DNA from: Macrostomum lignano
Lineage: Eukaryota
NCBI GenBank assembly: GCA_002269645.1
Contig: NIVC01000662.1
Location: forward strand, 186,001 to 250,000
Direction: 5' to 3'
DNA length: 64,000 nucleotides
Shown: one piece after another, positions 1 through 11,346 of the stretch
How positions within the stretch are numbered: position 1 is the first letter of the stretch
Layout: each line of letters starts with the position of its first letter
Translations under genes and position numbers: made by a program
Notes under the pieces: generated by a model
Databases searched by the model: none
What the model saw: only the letters and a program-made list of their open reading frames with translations
Told to the model about the DNA's origin: nothing

Positions 1-1034
1 TACATATGGTCTTGCCTAGTATTTACAATTTCATAGCTGTCAACAAAGTTGTTATAGGGATTTTAAAATAACCATATGCATTTGCTTCTAAGGATTTAAT
101 AGCTTAAATTATAGCACATTTCTAGTATAGTAGCAGTTAAATATATTATGGCCTAAGCAATCTTTTACATATATGTACTAGTTTCCAATCTGGGCACTAC
201 CAAGATTAGAGGGCCATAGCACCACTCTTAGTACCTCTTTGCATTGGCTTTCAACTCCAACTCTTCTCTAGTATACCTCTTAGGCCCTTAGCACTATTCT
301 CAAGATCTGGCTTTGAAATAAATAACAACTTTTTCAAACTTTGAGTATTGTTAAACAACTCAAGACTTAGCCTATGATATAGGTTGGTTTATTTATAGCA
401 AAACTTGCTCTTATATATAGTTATTTCTCTGTGCATTTTGTACAATAAACCAAAAAGAAACTTAGTTTGATGTCTGGCACAAATTTGATTTTAAAAAAGA
501 CAATTAAAATATTAGCACTTCTTCATATCAATAGAATAACAAAGCCAACCCTGGTGGTGTCAGGTAGAAACTTATATTTTATAATTGGAGCATTGATTTA
601 TAGAAATTAATAATCTGATGCCCATGTTTTTGTTGCCATTTTGGCTCATTTTTTCCAAGTTTTAGTATTTTGTCTCATCCAAATGATTTATTATTGAGGT
701 CGCTGATGTTAGGTATTTGAATTTTTTGAAATATCCAATATGTTGATATGTAGAAACTATAATGCTTAACATTTCATTCAATAACCTATAATATACCCTT
801 TAAGAGTCTCAACAGCTTACATTTTTTTCATTAGTACTGGGGACTAAATGGGTATAGTACCTGGAGCTGTTATTCAATTATAGATGTTTGAGTGACACTT
901 TTCTGTTATCTTAACCTTTATATTGATTTTTGTCTTTCTAAATTGTTTTCCAATTCTGTCTAGCTAGCAAAGAAATACCCAGTCCAAACCAAGCCAAGTA
1001 CTGCCTGTGGATATTAGAAGGTCATACATTGGCT

Positions 1035-1289
1035 ATGGCTAGCGGCGGCGACTGCCCAGATGAAAATCAGTTTAACTTCAATCCTGAGGGCATTCCCGAC
1101 ATACCGGTGCGCGACTCGGCCGAAGCTGAAGAGTCCGGAGGAGGCGACTCGGAGGGGGACCATCCGCTGACTCCGCGCGTGTTCTGCGAGCCAGAGAGCC
1201 CGCCAGACACCGAAGAGAATGTTCGACGCCAAACTGACACCGTGTTTCAAGCATTCGTGTTTGAGCGGTATACGCGGGACAGGGAGCAG
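1035..1289 (+). CDS. BAK1: Bak-like pro-apoptotic Bcl-2 family protein, exon 1 of 3
   Basis: ATG at 1035. EENVRRQTDTVFQAFVFERY resembles Bak helix 1. Phase-0 donor CAG|GTGAGG at 1289/1290. Model join(1035..1289,1872..2273,3346..3456). Confidence 0.85.
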
Positions 1290-1498
1290 GTGAGGGGACG
1301 TCTATGGCTTGCTGTATCAAAATTCACATCCCCATGTTGAAATCCCAGGTTTGTTACTTTATATGGAGTTCCTCCATTTTCCTAACAAAACCTCTCTCAG
1401 TAAATTTTTATGATTCCCCTCCCACGACGTAATTCGATAATAATTGATCACACCTGCCCCAATTGGGCCAGATGTGCAACCGACAGCTCAGCCGCAGC

Positions 1499-1657
1499 TA
1501 TTGCGCGGCGCATCTGAAGGCTGCGTACGGCTGTTCAGTCTAAGGACTGGGAGGTCGCCACACACACACCCTCAATTACCCCAGCGAATGCTGGCACCCA
1601 TTTACAGCTGGGCGAACTGAAGCAATGCAGAGTTGAGTGACACAAATTGTTCCGAGT
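1499..1657 (-). mobile_element. 5'-truncated copy of a CORE-like SINE in Bak intron 1
   Basis: Near-identical reverse complement of 9770-9938 (tattgcgcggcgcatctgaaggctgc...ctgaagcaatgcagagtt), with a deletion of about 13 nt. Confidence 0.7.
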
Positions 1658-1684
1658 AGGTCGAGATAAGAACTCCCGAGCCCC

Positions 1685-1860
1685 ATCTGGAATTCCCAAT
1701 CTCAATTTCTCCATGTTGACTTCCCAATCTCAAATTCCACATGTTGAATTCCCAATCTCAAATTCCCCATGCTGATTTCCCACATAGAATTCCCCACCAT
1801 GCCAGCACTGCATGCTGAATTCCCACAAAGAATTCCCCACCATATTAGCACTGAATTCCC
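1685..1860. repeat. Degenerate tandem repeat (gaattccc...aat, roughly 20-30 bp units)
   Basis: Recurrent gaattccc/aattcccc/ctgaattccc motifs just upstream of the exon 2 acceptor. Confidence 0.5.
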
Positions 1861-1871
1861 GCCATCTGCAG

Positions 1872-2273
1872 GGCCGCTTGCAGCCGGGCGCGCCCAGCTC
1901 GCCTGAGCTCATCCTGCCGCCAGCCGATCCGCTCTCAGTCGAGGCCGGCATCGGTCGTCGCCTAGCCGAAATCGGCGACGAGATTCAACAGCGCTACCAG
2001 CCGGAATTCGACGAGATGATCAAATCTTTGGACGGCCAGCTGACTGACCCCGCCAGCTCGTTCGATACATTTCGCCGAGTAGCTCGCCGCCTGTTCCACG
2101 ACGGCTCCATCAACTGGGGCCGCATTGTTGCCCTGTTCTGCTTCGGCTATCGAATCGCCGTGGAGAAAATTCGCAGAGGCGTCTCAGGATTTCTGCGCAA
2201 CGTTGTGCAATGGATCTTCAGATTCTTAGTTCAGGAGCGCATCGCCAGGTGGATCGCCGATCACGGCGGATGG
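1872..2273 (+). CDS. BAK1: Bak-like protein, exon 2 (BH3, BH1, BH2)
   Basis: BH3 IGRRLAEIGDEIQQRY (Bak type), BH1 INWGRIVALFCFGY, BH2 WIADHGGW. Donor GGW|GTGAGC sits at the intron position conserved in Bcl-2 family genes. Acceptor at 1872; an in-frame alternative lies at 1884. Confidence 0.93.
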
Positions 2274-2869
2274 GTGAGCATCTGGTTATGATCTATGTGC
2301 CGAACTCATAGGTGAAGGACTAGTCATGATTGATTGCTCATTGGTAAGCATAGATATGCCCCCCCCCTGTCAGTTAAATGCGTTCTGAGTATCGATAGTT
2401 GGCTTTTGAGAAGTTTCTATCGTCTGTAGCATAAAGAGGTTCCCCAGTACTGTAGTTTTAAAGGGTGTGAAACGCGTATGTTCATGGCAAAAACTGAAAT
2501 AAACACAGCGGGTCTCTTTGTAATTTGTAATGTGGATGTTTAAATATTTAGTCATGGCAGAACTGACAATTCCCGTTAATTTATTACTTTTTAATGGAGA
2601 ATACACTATTTTCTAAGCAACGGATCAACGAATAGAAAAAAATTGTCTGTGTCCCAAAAAGCTACCGACTGACTCTATAAAGGCTTTGCATTGACTTATA
2701 TCGTTAAACAAAATATACATTCAACTTAAGCTATGCTCTTTTAATAAAAGCCTTCGGCTCAACGCTGAATCAACGCATAAAACACAACACGCACAGATAC
2801 TATCTTAATATACTAAATAATATACTATAAACTGGGGCACAAGCTTTCCTTTTGCCCGCTTGTGTCTTT

Positions 2870-3063
2870 GACTTTGATCTCTCTCCTTACTGCTCTCCCA
2901 TTGGCTGAGCCAGATTGGGCCTGCCCCCAAGGCTGACTTTGATCTCTCTCCTTACTGCTCTCCCATTGGCTGAGCCAAATTGGGCTTGCCCCCAAGGCTG
3001 ACTTTGCTCTTTCCTTACTGCTCTCCTATTGGCTGAGCCAGATTGGGCCTGCCCCTAGGCTGA
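2870..3063. repeat. 65-bp tandem repeat x3 in Bak intron 2
   Basis: gactttgatctctctccttactgctctcccattggctgagccagattgggcctgcccccaaggct, with copies anchored at 2871, 2936 and 3001. Confidence 0.9.
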
Positions 3064-3345
3064 GTTTCGTCAGTCACTATCACTTGTGTTATCGAGTTAA
3101 ATGCTTGTTGTTCGTTCTTAGCCCATATGCTCCTCGGGCCACAAACCCCGAAGAAGGAAAGGTAATTTTAGCTGACACATTAAATTAAAGTGGCACTGCG
3201 CAAAGAAACTACTTAAAATAAGTAGACGCAATCTAATTAGCATTTGCTTAAAGCTTCATTTATGTGTCTATGAGATAAGGCCATCTCGTCAATTCAACAT
3301 TTGCACTCAGCCAACATTCGATTTTCTCCGCTCCTCCACCCGCAG

Positions 3346-3456
3346 CGCTCGGTGACTCACATGGCCATCCAGACCCTGGACATGCCTCTGCTGATGGGTC
3401 TGTGCGCCCTGGCCGCCTCGCTCTGCTTCGTTGCCTACCGCCTGTCACGTCGTTGA
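3346..3456 (+). CDS. BAK1: Bak-like protein, exon 3 (C-terminal membrane anchor)
   Basis: Pyrimidine tract plus CAG acceptor at 3345, phase 0. Translates RSVTHMAIQTLDMPLLMGLCALAASLCFVAYRLSRR*, a hydrophobic tail with a basic end. Not in the ORF track; read by hand. Confidence 0.8.
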   Translation, partial: RSVTHMAIQTLDMPLLMGLCALAASLCFVAYRLSRR

Positions 3457-4769
3457 AACCTGGCACATTCTGTCGGGCTGTCTGATTGAGTCTGTCTGTC
3501 GCCATTTGCCACTATATGACTTATAGTAGTAGCCAAGTTCTGCAAACAGTGTACTTGCGCTTCCCCCACAAGTTTTAGCACCAGCTTGCCAATTTGCATC
3601 CTGTGGGATTTCCGTCTCTTTTGTAAATTCATTTTTGCTAATTGGCCATTTCAACGCATTCCGCCCCTATTCTTCCTTCCTTTCTGCCCCTATTCCCCTT
3701 TACTGACCCTATGATTCCCATTTCCGCTTCTATTCCTCGTTTTCAATCCCTATTCTTCTTGTCCGCCTCTGTTCTTTCCCCCGTTCTCCTTCCCGCCCCT
3801 AATACTGTACTCCTTAAATAAGTATTAGCTATTGCCAATGCTTACACAATAGCCTGGTTAATCCTGTTATTAAAATGTTGACAATTTACAAGCCGCGGCT
3901 ATTATAATTTCTTATAAATTAATAATATTCTATACCAACCCCAGTTTATAAACAAAGTTCGGCTTGTGGTGCAGCCACTTGTGCAATAACAACAGCCCAG
4001 AGAATGCAGAGGCATTGCTGCTGTATTAAAACTGATTTGCTTTACTTTTAAAATTTTACTTACTTTTTAAATAAATTAAATAAACAAGTTTTAATGCTAT
4101 TCTTTGTTGAGTTTTCTTAGCTTAAGTTTTGTTTAATTTTTTGTTTAAATAATCTTAAACTAATTAATATCAGATCTTCAGTTGGTTTATTAATTATTTA
4201 TTACTCAAACCCTTTATTGCAATGTGATTTCGGCTTACGCGCTTAGCTTTAAAAGCTTTCAAGTTTGCGCTGTTAATTAGAATCAATAATTTTCCCAGTG
4301 GCTTATAGCACCTGTACCTGTACGATAACTATGACTCATCTACTTATCCAGGCACCTAAGCAATTCCTTTATTGCTAGCTCATTTTTATTGTAATTATCA
4401 ACCCGTTTACTATTATAAGTAGTTGGTTTGCCTTGTCTTTATGTAGTTTCGTACGAATCGGTATAAATTTGAGCTGTCTGTAAAAAGAACAAAATATATC
4501 TGTGTAAAACCTGATCGCATTCTGTTTGATGTCACCTTATGGCTCTCGCGTTGCCAAGTTATTGTACCGAAAGTTACCCACGAGTTTTTTCATTGCTTTC
4601 TATATGTATATTGTCTATTCCTATTTTGATTCTGATTATTAGAGAATGGGGCAATATAAGAGTGTGCGCACCTTGCAGTGTTTTCTGTGTCAACAGGGGA
4701 GATGCAGAGCAGGGGATAGGGAGCGCTGTTGGTTAAGAAATGAGGGAAGGGTAAAGTAAGAACAGAAAG

Positions 4770-5250
4770 GAGAGAGTAAGAGCTGAGGGGAGAGGGTAAG
4801 AGCTGTGGGGAGAGGGTAAGGGCTGTGGGGAGAGGGTAAGAGCTGTGGGGAGAGGGTGAGAGCTGTGGGGAGAGGGTAAGAGCTGTGAGGGGAGAGGGTG
4901 AGAGCTGTGGGGAGAGGGTAAGAGCTGTGGGGGGAGGGTGAGAGCTGAGGGGAGAGGGTGAGAGCTGTGGGGAGAGGGTAAGAGCTGAGGGGAGAGGGTA
5001 AGAGCTGTGGGGAGAGGGTAAGAGCTGTGGGGGGAGGGTGAGAGCTGAGGGGAGAGGGTGAGAGCTGTGGGGAGAGGGTAAGAGCTGAGGGGGGAGGGTG
5101 AGAGCTGTGGGGAGAGGGTAAGAGCTGTGGGGGGGGGGTGAGAGCTGTGGGGAGAGGGTAAGAGCTGAGGGGAGAGGGTAAGAGCTGTGGGGAGAGGGTA
5201 AGAGCTGTGGGGAGAGGGTAAGAGCTGAGGGGAGAGGGTGAGAGCTGGGA
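4770..5250. repeat. 20-bp G-rich minisatellite
   Basis: Unit agagggtaagagctgtgggg and variants, about 24 copies. Confidence 0.95.
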
Positions 5251-5543
5251 GCTGAGAGGGTAAAAAACAGAAGTGAGAGGGTTAGAGTTGAGGTGAGAGG
5301 ATAAGAACATTGCGGAAAGGGTAAGAACAGAGCGGAGAGGGTAAGAACCTAGTGGAGTGGATTAGAACAGAAGGGAGAGGGTAAGATCGGAGGTGGGAGT
5401 GAAATTTATCGGATCAGAAAAAAGAGCTGCAATAAATAAGAGGTTCTATTAAAACTCACATAGCGAAAGTAAAAGAGGTGCAGACTGCTAATCCGAAAGC
5501 GCTGACCTTCAAATGTCCTCTATCACGCCTTAACGCTCCGCAG

Positions 5544-6683
5544 TCCGAGCACAATCCCTGCGTACCGGCGTTCACCCTGCGAGCTCTGAGCTCCCCGGTG
5601 ACGGCGCTGGCCTGCCTCACTGCACCATCTTCATCGATCAGTGGCGGCCAGCTACTGCTGCTGTCCGGACATCAGTCCGGCGATCTGGCCTGCTGGGATC
5701 TGCGAGTCCGCCGACCAGCGGCCACTCGATTTGGAGCTCATTCTGCCGCGGTTTTATCGATTCATTTTATTCCTAGCCTACCTGCAGTAGTCAGTCAAGG
5801 CCGCGACGGTGTTATTTTGGTGTGGCGCGTTGATTTCAGCGCCAAGGCTGGAGAGCAGCGCCTTCTTGGGCCGGAGCTGCGCCTCACCGATGCTTGCGAT
5901 TTGACGTTTTGCCGGGCTGTTGCTACTCCGTGCTGCCTGCTGTATCCGGGCGCTGGCGGTCACTCGCTGCGATGCCGCCTGTTCCACGCGGATGTCGCCG
6001 CTGGAGCCTCGGTTGGAGAAGCGGAAGTCTACGCTATTGATAAGGCTGAATTGGGAGTCTGCATGGCGCTGGCTCTGGTGGCAGCGGAGGCTTCCGCCCC
6101 ATCCTCCGAGCCTACCGCCCCCTCCTCCGCCCCATCCGCCGATCCTTCCGCCCCATCCGCCGATCCTTCCGCCCCATCCGCCGATCCTTCCGCCCCCTCC
6201 TCCGCCCCATCCGCCGATCCTTCCACCCCACCCGCCCCCCTGTTCCTGTCCGGCTACGAGAGCGGACACTGCGAGCTGATACGCTGGCCAACCCGGCTGT
6301 GCCGAATCCGCCTATTCGAAGAGCCGGTCATGGCCATAGACTACAGCGCCTCGGCTGGCCGGGCAGTGGCCGGCTCGGCCACGCCGGACTTGGCCCTGCT
6401 GGGTGTCACCGACCGGCTGAGGGTGCGCGGCCGAATCGCCGCCCCCAGTCCGGGCGTCGGCTGCCTCGCCTACCGGCCAGACGGCCGCCTGCTGCTGTCG
6501 GCCTCCTGGGATTCGCGGATTCGCCTGTACTCCGGCAAATCCTGCCGCCAGCTGGCCGTACTGTCTACTCACAGTAGCAGCGTTAGCGCGCTGGCTTTCA
6601 ATTCGACTAATGGCTGCTTTTATAGCGGCGATAAAGAAGGACTGATTTGCGCTTGGGAGCTGTACGCCCACTCGGGGCACTGA
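5544..6683 (+). CDS. GNB1L: GNB1L/ASA1-like WD40-repeat protein (start codon not in this exon)
   Basis: Colinear motifs with GNB1L: PAFTLRALSSPVTAL, LSGHQSG..WDL, SQGRDG...VW, TFCRA, LGVCMAL, LSGYESG, EEPVM, RPDGRLLLSASWDSRIRLY, LAVLSTHSSSV, WELY. Stop at 6681-6683. CAG acceptor at 5543. Confidence 0.88.
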   Translation, partial: SEHNPCVPAFTLRALSSPVTALACLTAPSSSISGGQLLLLSGHQSGDLACWDLRVRRPAATRFGAHSAAVLSIHFIPSLPAVVSQGRDGVILVWRVDFSAKAGEQRLLGPELRLTDACDLTFCRAVATPCCLLYPGAGGHSLRCRLFHADVAAGASVGEAEVYAIDKAELGVCMALALVAAEASAPSSEPTAPSSAPSADPSAPSADPSAPSADPSAPSSAPSADPSTPPAPLFLSGYESGHCELIRWPTRLCRIRLFEEPVMAIDYSASAGRAVAGSATPDLALLGVTDRLRVRGRIAAPSPGVGCLAYRPDGRLLLSASWDSRIRLYSGKSCRQLAVLSTHSSSVSALAFNSTNGCFYSGDKEGLICAWELYAHSGH

Positions 6684-6748
6684 GCCTCGGTGACCGGGTT
6701 TGCACTTGCGCTCTGGATTTTGCCTCCTTCAGCCGTTTTAGCGGTTTT

Positions 6749-8663
6749 CTCATCCGCCCCTGTTCTCCCACTCATCCGCCCCTGTTCTCCCACTCATCCG
6801 CCCCTGTTCTCCTACTCATCCGCCCCTGTTCTCCTACTCATCCGCCCCTGTTCTCCTACTCATCCGCCCCTGTTCTCCTACTCATCCGCCCCTGTTCTCC
6901 CACTCATCCGCCCCTGTTCTCCTACTCATCCGCCCCTGTTCTCTTACTCATCCGCCCATGTTCTCCTACTCATCCGCCCCTGTTCTCCTACTCATCCGCC
7001 CCTGTTCTCCCACTCATCCGCCCCTGTTCTCTTACTCATCCGCCCATGTTCTCCTACTCATCCGCCCCTGTTCTCTTACTCATCCGCCCATGTTCTCTTA
7101 CTCATCCGCCCCTGTTCTCTTACTCATCCGCCCCTGTTCTCCTACTCATCCGCCCCTGTTCTCCTACTCATCCGCCCCCTGTTCTCCTACTCATCCGCCC
7201 CTGTTCTCCTACTCATCCGCCCATGTTCTCCCACTCATCCGCCCCTGTTCTCCTACTCATCCGCCCCTGTTCTCTTACTCATCCGCCCCTGTTCTCCCAC
7301 TCATCCGCCCCTGTTCTCCTTCTCATCCGCCCCTGTTCTACTCATCCGCCCCCTGTTCTCCTACTCATCCGCCCCTGTTCTCCTACTCATCCGCCCCCTG
7401 TTCTCCTACTCATCCGCCCCTGTTCTCCTACTCATCCGCCCCTGTTCTCCTACTCATCCGCCCCTGTTCTCCTACTCATCCGCCCCTGTTCTCTTACTCA
7501 TCCGCCCCTGTTCTCCTACTCATCCGCCCCTGTTCTCTTACTCATCCGCCCATGTTCTCCTACTCATCCGCCCCTGTTCTCCCACTCATCCGCCCCTGTT
7601 CTCCTACTCATCCGCCCCTGTTCTCTTACTCATCCGCCCCTGTTCTCCTACTCATCCGCCCCTGTTCTCTTACTCATCCGCCCCTGTTCTCCTACTCATC
7701 CGCCCCTGTTCTCTTACTCATCCGCCCCTGTTCTCCTACTCATCCGCCCCTGTTCTCCCACTCATCCGCCCCTGTTCTCCTACTCATCCGCCCCTGTTCT
7801 CCTACTCATCCGCCCCCTGTTCTCCTACTCATCCGCCCCTGTTCTCCTACTCATCCGCCCCTGTTCTCCTACTCATCCGCCCCTGTTCTCCTACTCATCC
7901 GCCCCTGTTCTCCCACTCATCCGCCCCTGTTCTCCCACTCATCCGCCCCTGTTCTCCCACTCATCCGCCCCTGTTCTCCTACTCATCCGCCCCTGTTCTC
8001 TTACTCATCCGCCCCTGTTCTCTTACTCATCCGCCCCTGTTCTCCTTCTCATCCGCCCCTGTTCTCTTACTCATCCGCCCCTGTTCTCCTACTCATCCGC
8101 CCCTGTTCTCCTTCTCATCCGCCCCTGTTCTCCTACTCATCCGCCCCTGTTCTCCTAACTCATCCGCCCCTGTTCTCCTACTCATCCGCCCCTGTTCTCT
8201 TACTCATCCGCCCCTGTTCTCCTTCTCATCCGCCCCTGTTCTCCTACTCATCCGCCCCTGTTCTCCTAACTCATCCGCCCCTGTTCTCCTACTCATCCGC
8301 CCCTGTTCTCTTACTCATCCGCCCCTGTTCTCCTTCTCATCCGCCCCTGTTCTCCTACTCATCCGCCCCTGTTCTCTTACTCATCCGCCCCTGTTCTCCT
8401 TCTCATCCGCCCCTGTTCTCTTACTCATCCGCCCCTGTTCTCCTACTCATCCGCCCCTGTTCTCCTACTCATCCGCCCCTGTTTTCCTACTCATCCGCCC
8501 CTGTTCTCCTAACTCATCCGCCCCTGTTCTCCTACTCATCCGCCCCTGTTCTCTTACTCATCCGCCCCTGTTCTCCTTCTCATCCGCCCCTGTTCTCCTT
8601 CTCATCCGCCCCTGTTCTCCTACTCATCCGCCCCTGTTCTCCTAACTCATCCGCCCCTGTTCT
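6749..8663. repeat. 22-bp minisatellite, about 1.9 kb, just 3' of GNB1L
   Basis: Unit ctcatccgcccctgttctccta, about 87 copies. It has no stop codons, which explains the spurious ORFs in all three + frames. Confidence 0.97.
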
Positions 8664-9711
8664 CTATCATAATTTTGATAATTAACTATTGTCTTATCGA
8701 ATTTCACGAGCAATTCAAATACAACTATTAAAATGCATTTTTGTAAATTGAAATATAAAGTTTTTTGTCAACTGAAAGTTCAGCTGAATTTAAGTATCTG
8801 CTAAGAATTCCAATTCAAGTGAATTTAAATAACAATAAATACAGTTTTTAAGCTTCAATTACTGAAGGAAATTCCTTCATAATATTATTATTAATAATAT
8901 CCATAGTACTAATAGGAAAGAACTAAATAAATTTTTAATGACAGCTCAGAACTGCACGGCAGATTGTGTGCTTTTATATAATATCGCAAGTATATTGTGC
9001 ACACACTGCTGGGCTGATGCTGTGGGCTATGAAGAAGCATGCGCTGGTTAATTAAACTTTGCAAGGAATGAAATAACGATGAGGGAATCCTTTGCTTTGC
9101 TTCCTTACCTGTGTGTAGGGAATTGTAGGAAACTTGTCAGCAGATTGATGGGTGATGCAACCCGGACAGGCTCCCTGTATTCGCAGCCTTGTGTTATCAA
9201 ACTGACAACCGCCGGCCGGACAAAGGTCCCGTCCGAGCTCTCCATGCAGGAGGCCCAAGCGCGCGTGTCAAACGCTCTTCAAGTATTCAAACATTGGTCG
9301 AGCTCAATACTTGCCACCACCACTCAGGGTAAACACTATTATATATATTAGATATAAAATTGGTAAGGTTCATAGAGCTAGTGCTTATATTAGTCTGAAC
9401 TTTTAATAAAAACGATTCCAAATAAGTGTCTGCCTATTGAGCTGAGCTAAGAGGGGTTCGATTTCTTGTATATAAGTCGCTTTTAGAGTGACACGTGTCC
9501 AATGCCCTTGCGCTTCAAAGATCAAGTATGATATATCAGCAGGTACTTGAAGTATTGTCTGCAGCTCCAGTTATCAATAGTTATTAATTATTACTAATAC
9601 GAAAAAAGTTTGAACCACTCGCGATAGCTCATTATTGTCTGTAGCAAATATGGTGGACTTAAGAGGCCTTAATAATTACTTCTTCTCAATAATTAAAACT
9701 TTTTCACCTTG

Positions 9712-9938
9712 TCCATGTAGTTAAGGAACATTTTAAGGCAGGTCAGAGAAGATCAAGGGGTTCGATTCCCACTCGGGAAAATTTGTGTCCTTGAGCAAGA
9801 CACTTAACTCTGCATTGCTTCAGTTCACCTAGCTATAAAATGGGTGCCAACATTAGCTGGGGTAATTGAGGGTGTGTGGCGACCCCCCAGTCCTTGGACT
9901 GAACAGCCGTATGCAGCCTTCAGATGCGCCGCGCAATA
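9712..9938 (+). mobile_element. tRNA-headed CORE-like SINE
   Basis: Pol III B-box GGTTCGATTCC at 9759-9769. CORE-like segment tgtgtccttgagcaagacacttaac...ctataaaatggg at 9784-9843. A second copy lies at 1499-1657. Confidence 0.65.
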
Positions 9939-11346
9939 TCTGCGGCGCAAACTTCACATTTCTGAAAGGGTAGTATTATGGTTGCCGAAAAATTCAGATT
10001 CAAAGCCAATTTGAAACAATAATTTCTATTGCTAATCGAGCTTGAGATTTTGGCATTGAGATGGCCGGAACACTGCCATCTATAGTTAGTGCAGGGGTTG
10101 TAAAACTTTTTTACCTCAAAGTCCAGATAGAGAACCCAGCGCATGACTATGGGCCATGGTAGAAGGAGAGGGGAGAGGAAGGAGAGAGGAGAGGCAAGGG
10201 AATAAAGGAGAAGAGAGAGATGAAATAGGATAGGAGAGAGGAGAGAAGGGAGAGGAGAGGAGAGGAGAGCAGAGAGCTGAGAAGAGACAAATCTTGATCA
10301 GGCCGGATTGCTATTGTGAAGTTTCAAAAGACCCGAGGGCGGGATAGAGCCAGGCCGGAGTTTGCCAATCCGCGAGTTTAGAGTCTATAAAATTCTCTGC
10401 CAAAAGAGCAATAAAAAACATGCGCCAAACTGGCATTAAAATATTTTTATTCATGTTTAAAATGAGACCAAACTACAGGCAGTTATGACAACACTCACTT
10501 AGGTAAAATACTTCATTAATATACGTTTGTGTGCTGAAAATGACACTCCAGACTCGAGTTCAATGTCTTCCATCCTTGATTGAGTTCAGGCCAGCGGTCG
10601 CGCAGCTCCCATTGGTCCATAGCGGGCCGGTGGGGATGGCCGCGCGCGGTCACCCCTGGTCCCCTGGCAGCGAGCGACAAGCCAGGGAAGCCCATTAGCT
10701 ATGATTTGGGGTGACAGGGAAAAGAGGGGATTGGGAGAACTGGGATGGGAATCGAAAGCGGATGAGGCGGCCTGCTCCATCCACCCCAGCCGCCGCTGAG
10801 CCCCACCCCACAAATATTGACTGAGGTCCCAATTTAAAGTGTTGGAAGTCTGAATTATTCAGCCCAGCTAAATTATTCACTTGGCCCCGGCCTCAGCAGC
10901 GGTCCGACCCACCCATCCACCCGGACACACCGGCAGTAACCCTGCTAGCCTGCAGTCTGCGAACATTTGCACCCGCGGACCCTTAGTAGCAACAAGCTCT
11001 CAGCGCTAATCCTTCAGCATTCCCCAAGGCCGCGACCTACCCAGTTTGGCCGGCAGGTTTGAAAGCTGAACAAAGCATCACGGCGCTAACGGGCCCGCAT
11101 TCTTGGCGGTTCAACCAACCACCAGCCAACACGTACGGTCAGAGGCCCGACAGCAGCCGCAGCCGCAGCAGCAGCAGCAGCAGCGGAAGCAGCGGCGCAG
11201 GCGCCGGCGGCGGCGGGAGAGGCTGCGGCGGCGGCGGCGGCATAAACGTTTGGCCAGCAGCTGTGGACGACTGGGGACCGTCAGCTGCGGCGGCGGCGGC
11301 GGCAGCGGCGGCGGCCGCGGCAGCAGCGGGAGCCAACCCGCACGAC

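Noticed and set aside
1812-1871. ORF-track start of the Bcl-2 family ORF at 1812, and its stop at 2291
   Set aside because: Both lie in introns. Splice signals and Bak homology support the three-exon model.
4539-4736. Hydrophobic 65-aa ORF as the Bak tail or GNB1L first exon
   Set aside because: A better phase-compatible Bak tail exon exists at 3346-3456, and no strong phase-0 donor links this ORF to 5544.
6647-8685. Three overlapping 500-650 aa ORFs
   Set aside because: Produced by a stop-free 22-bp minisatellite cycling through all frames. No domain content.
9105-9290. Possible minus-strand exon ending in a strong donor CAG|GTAAGG
   Set aside because: No recognisable protein in any frame and no partner exon. 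Cannot be supported without RNA data.
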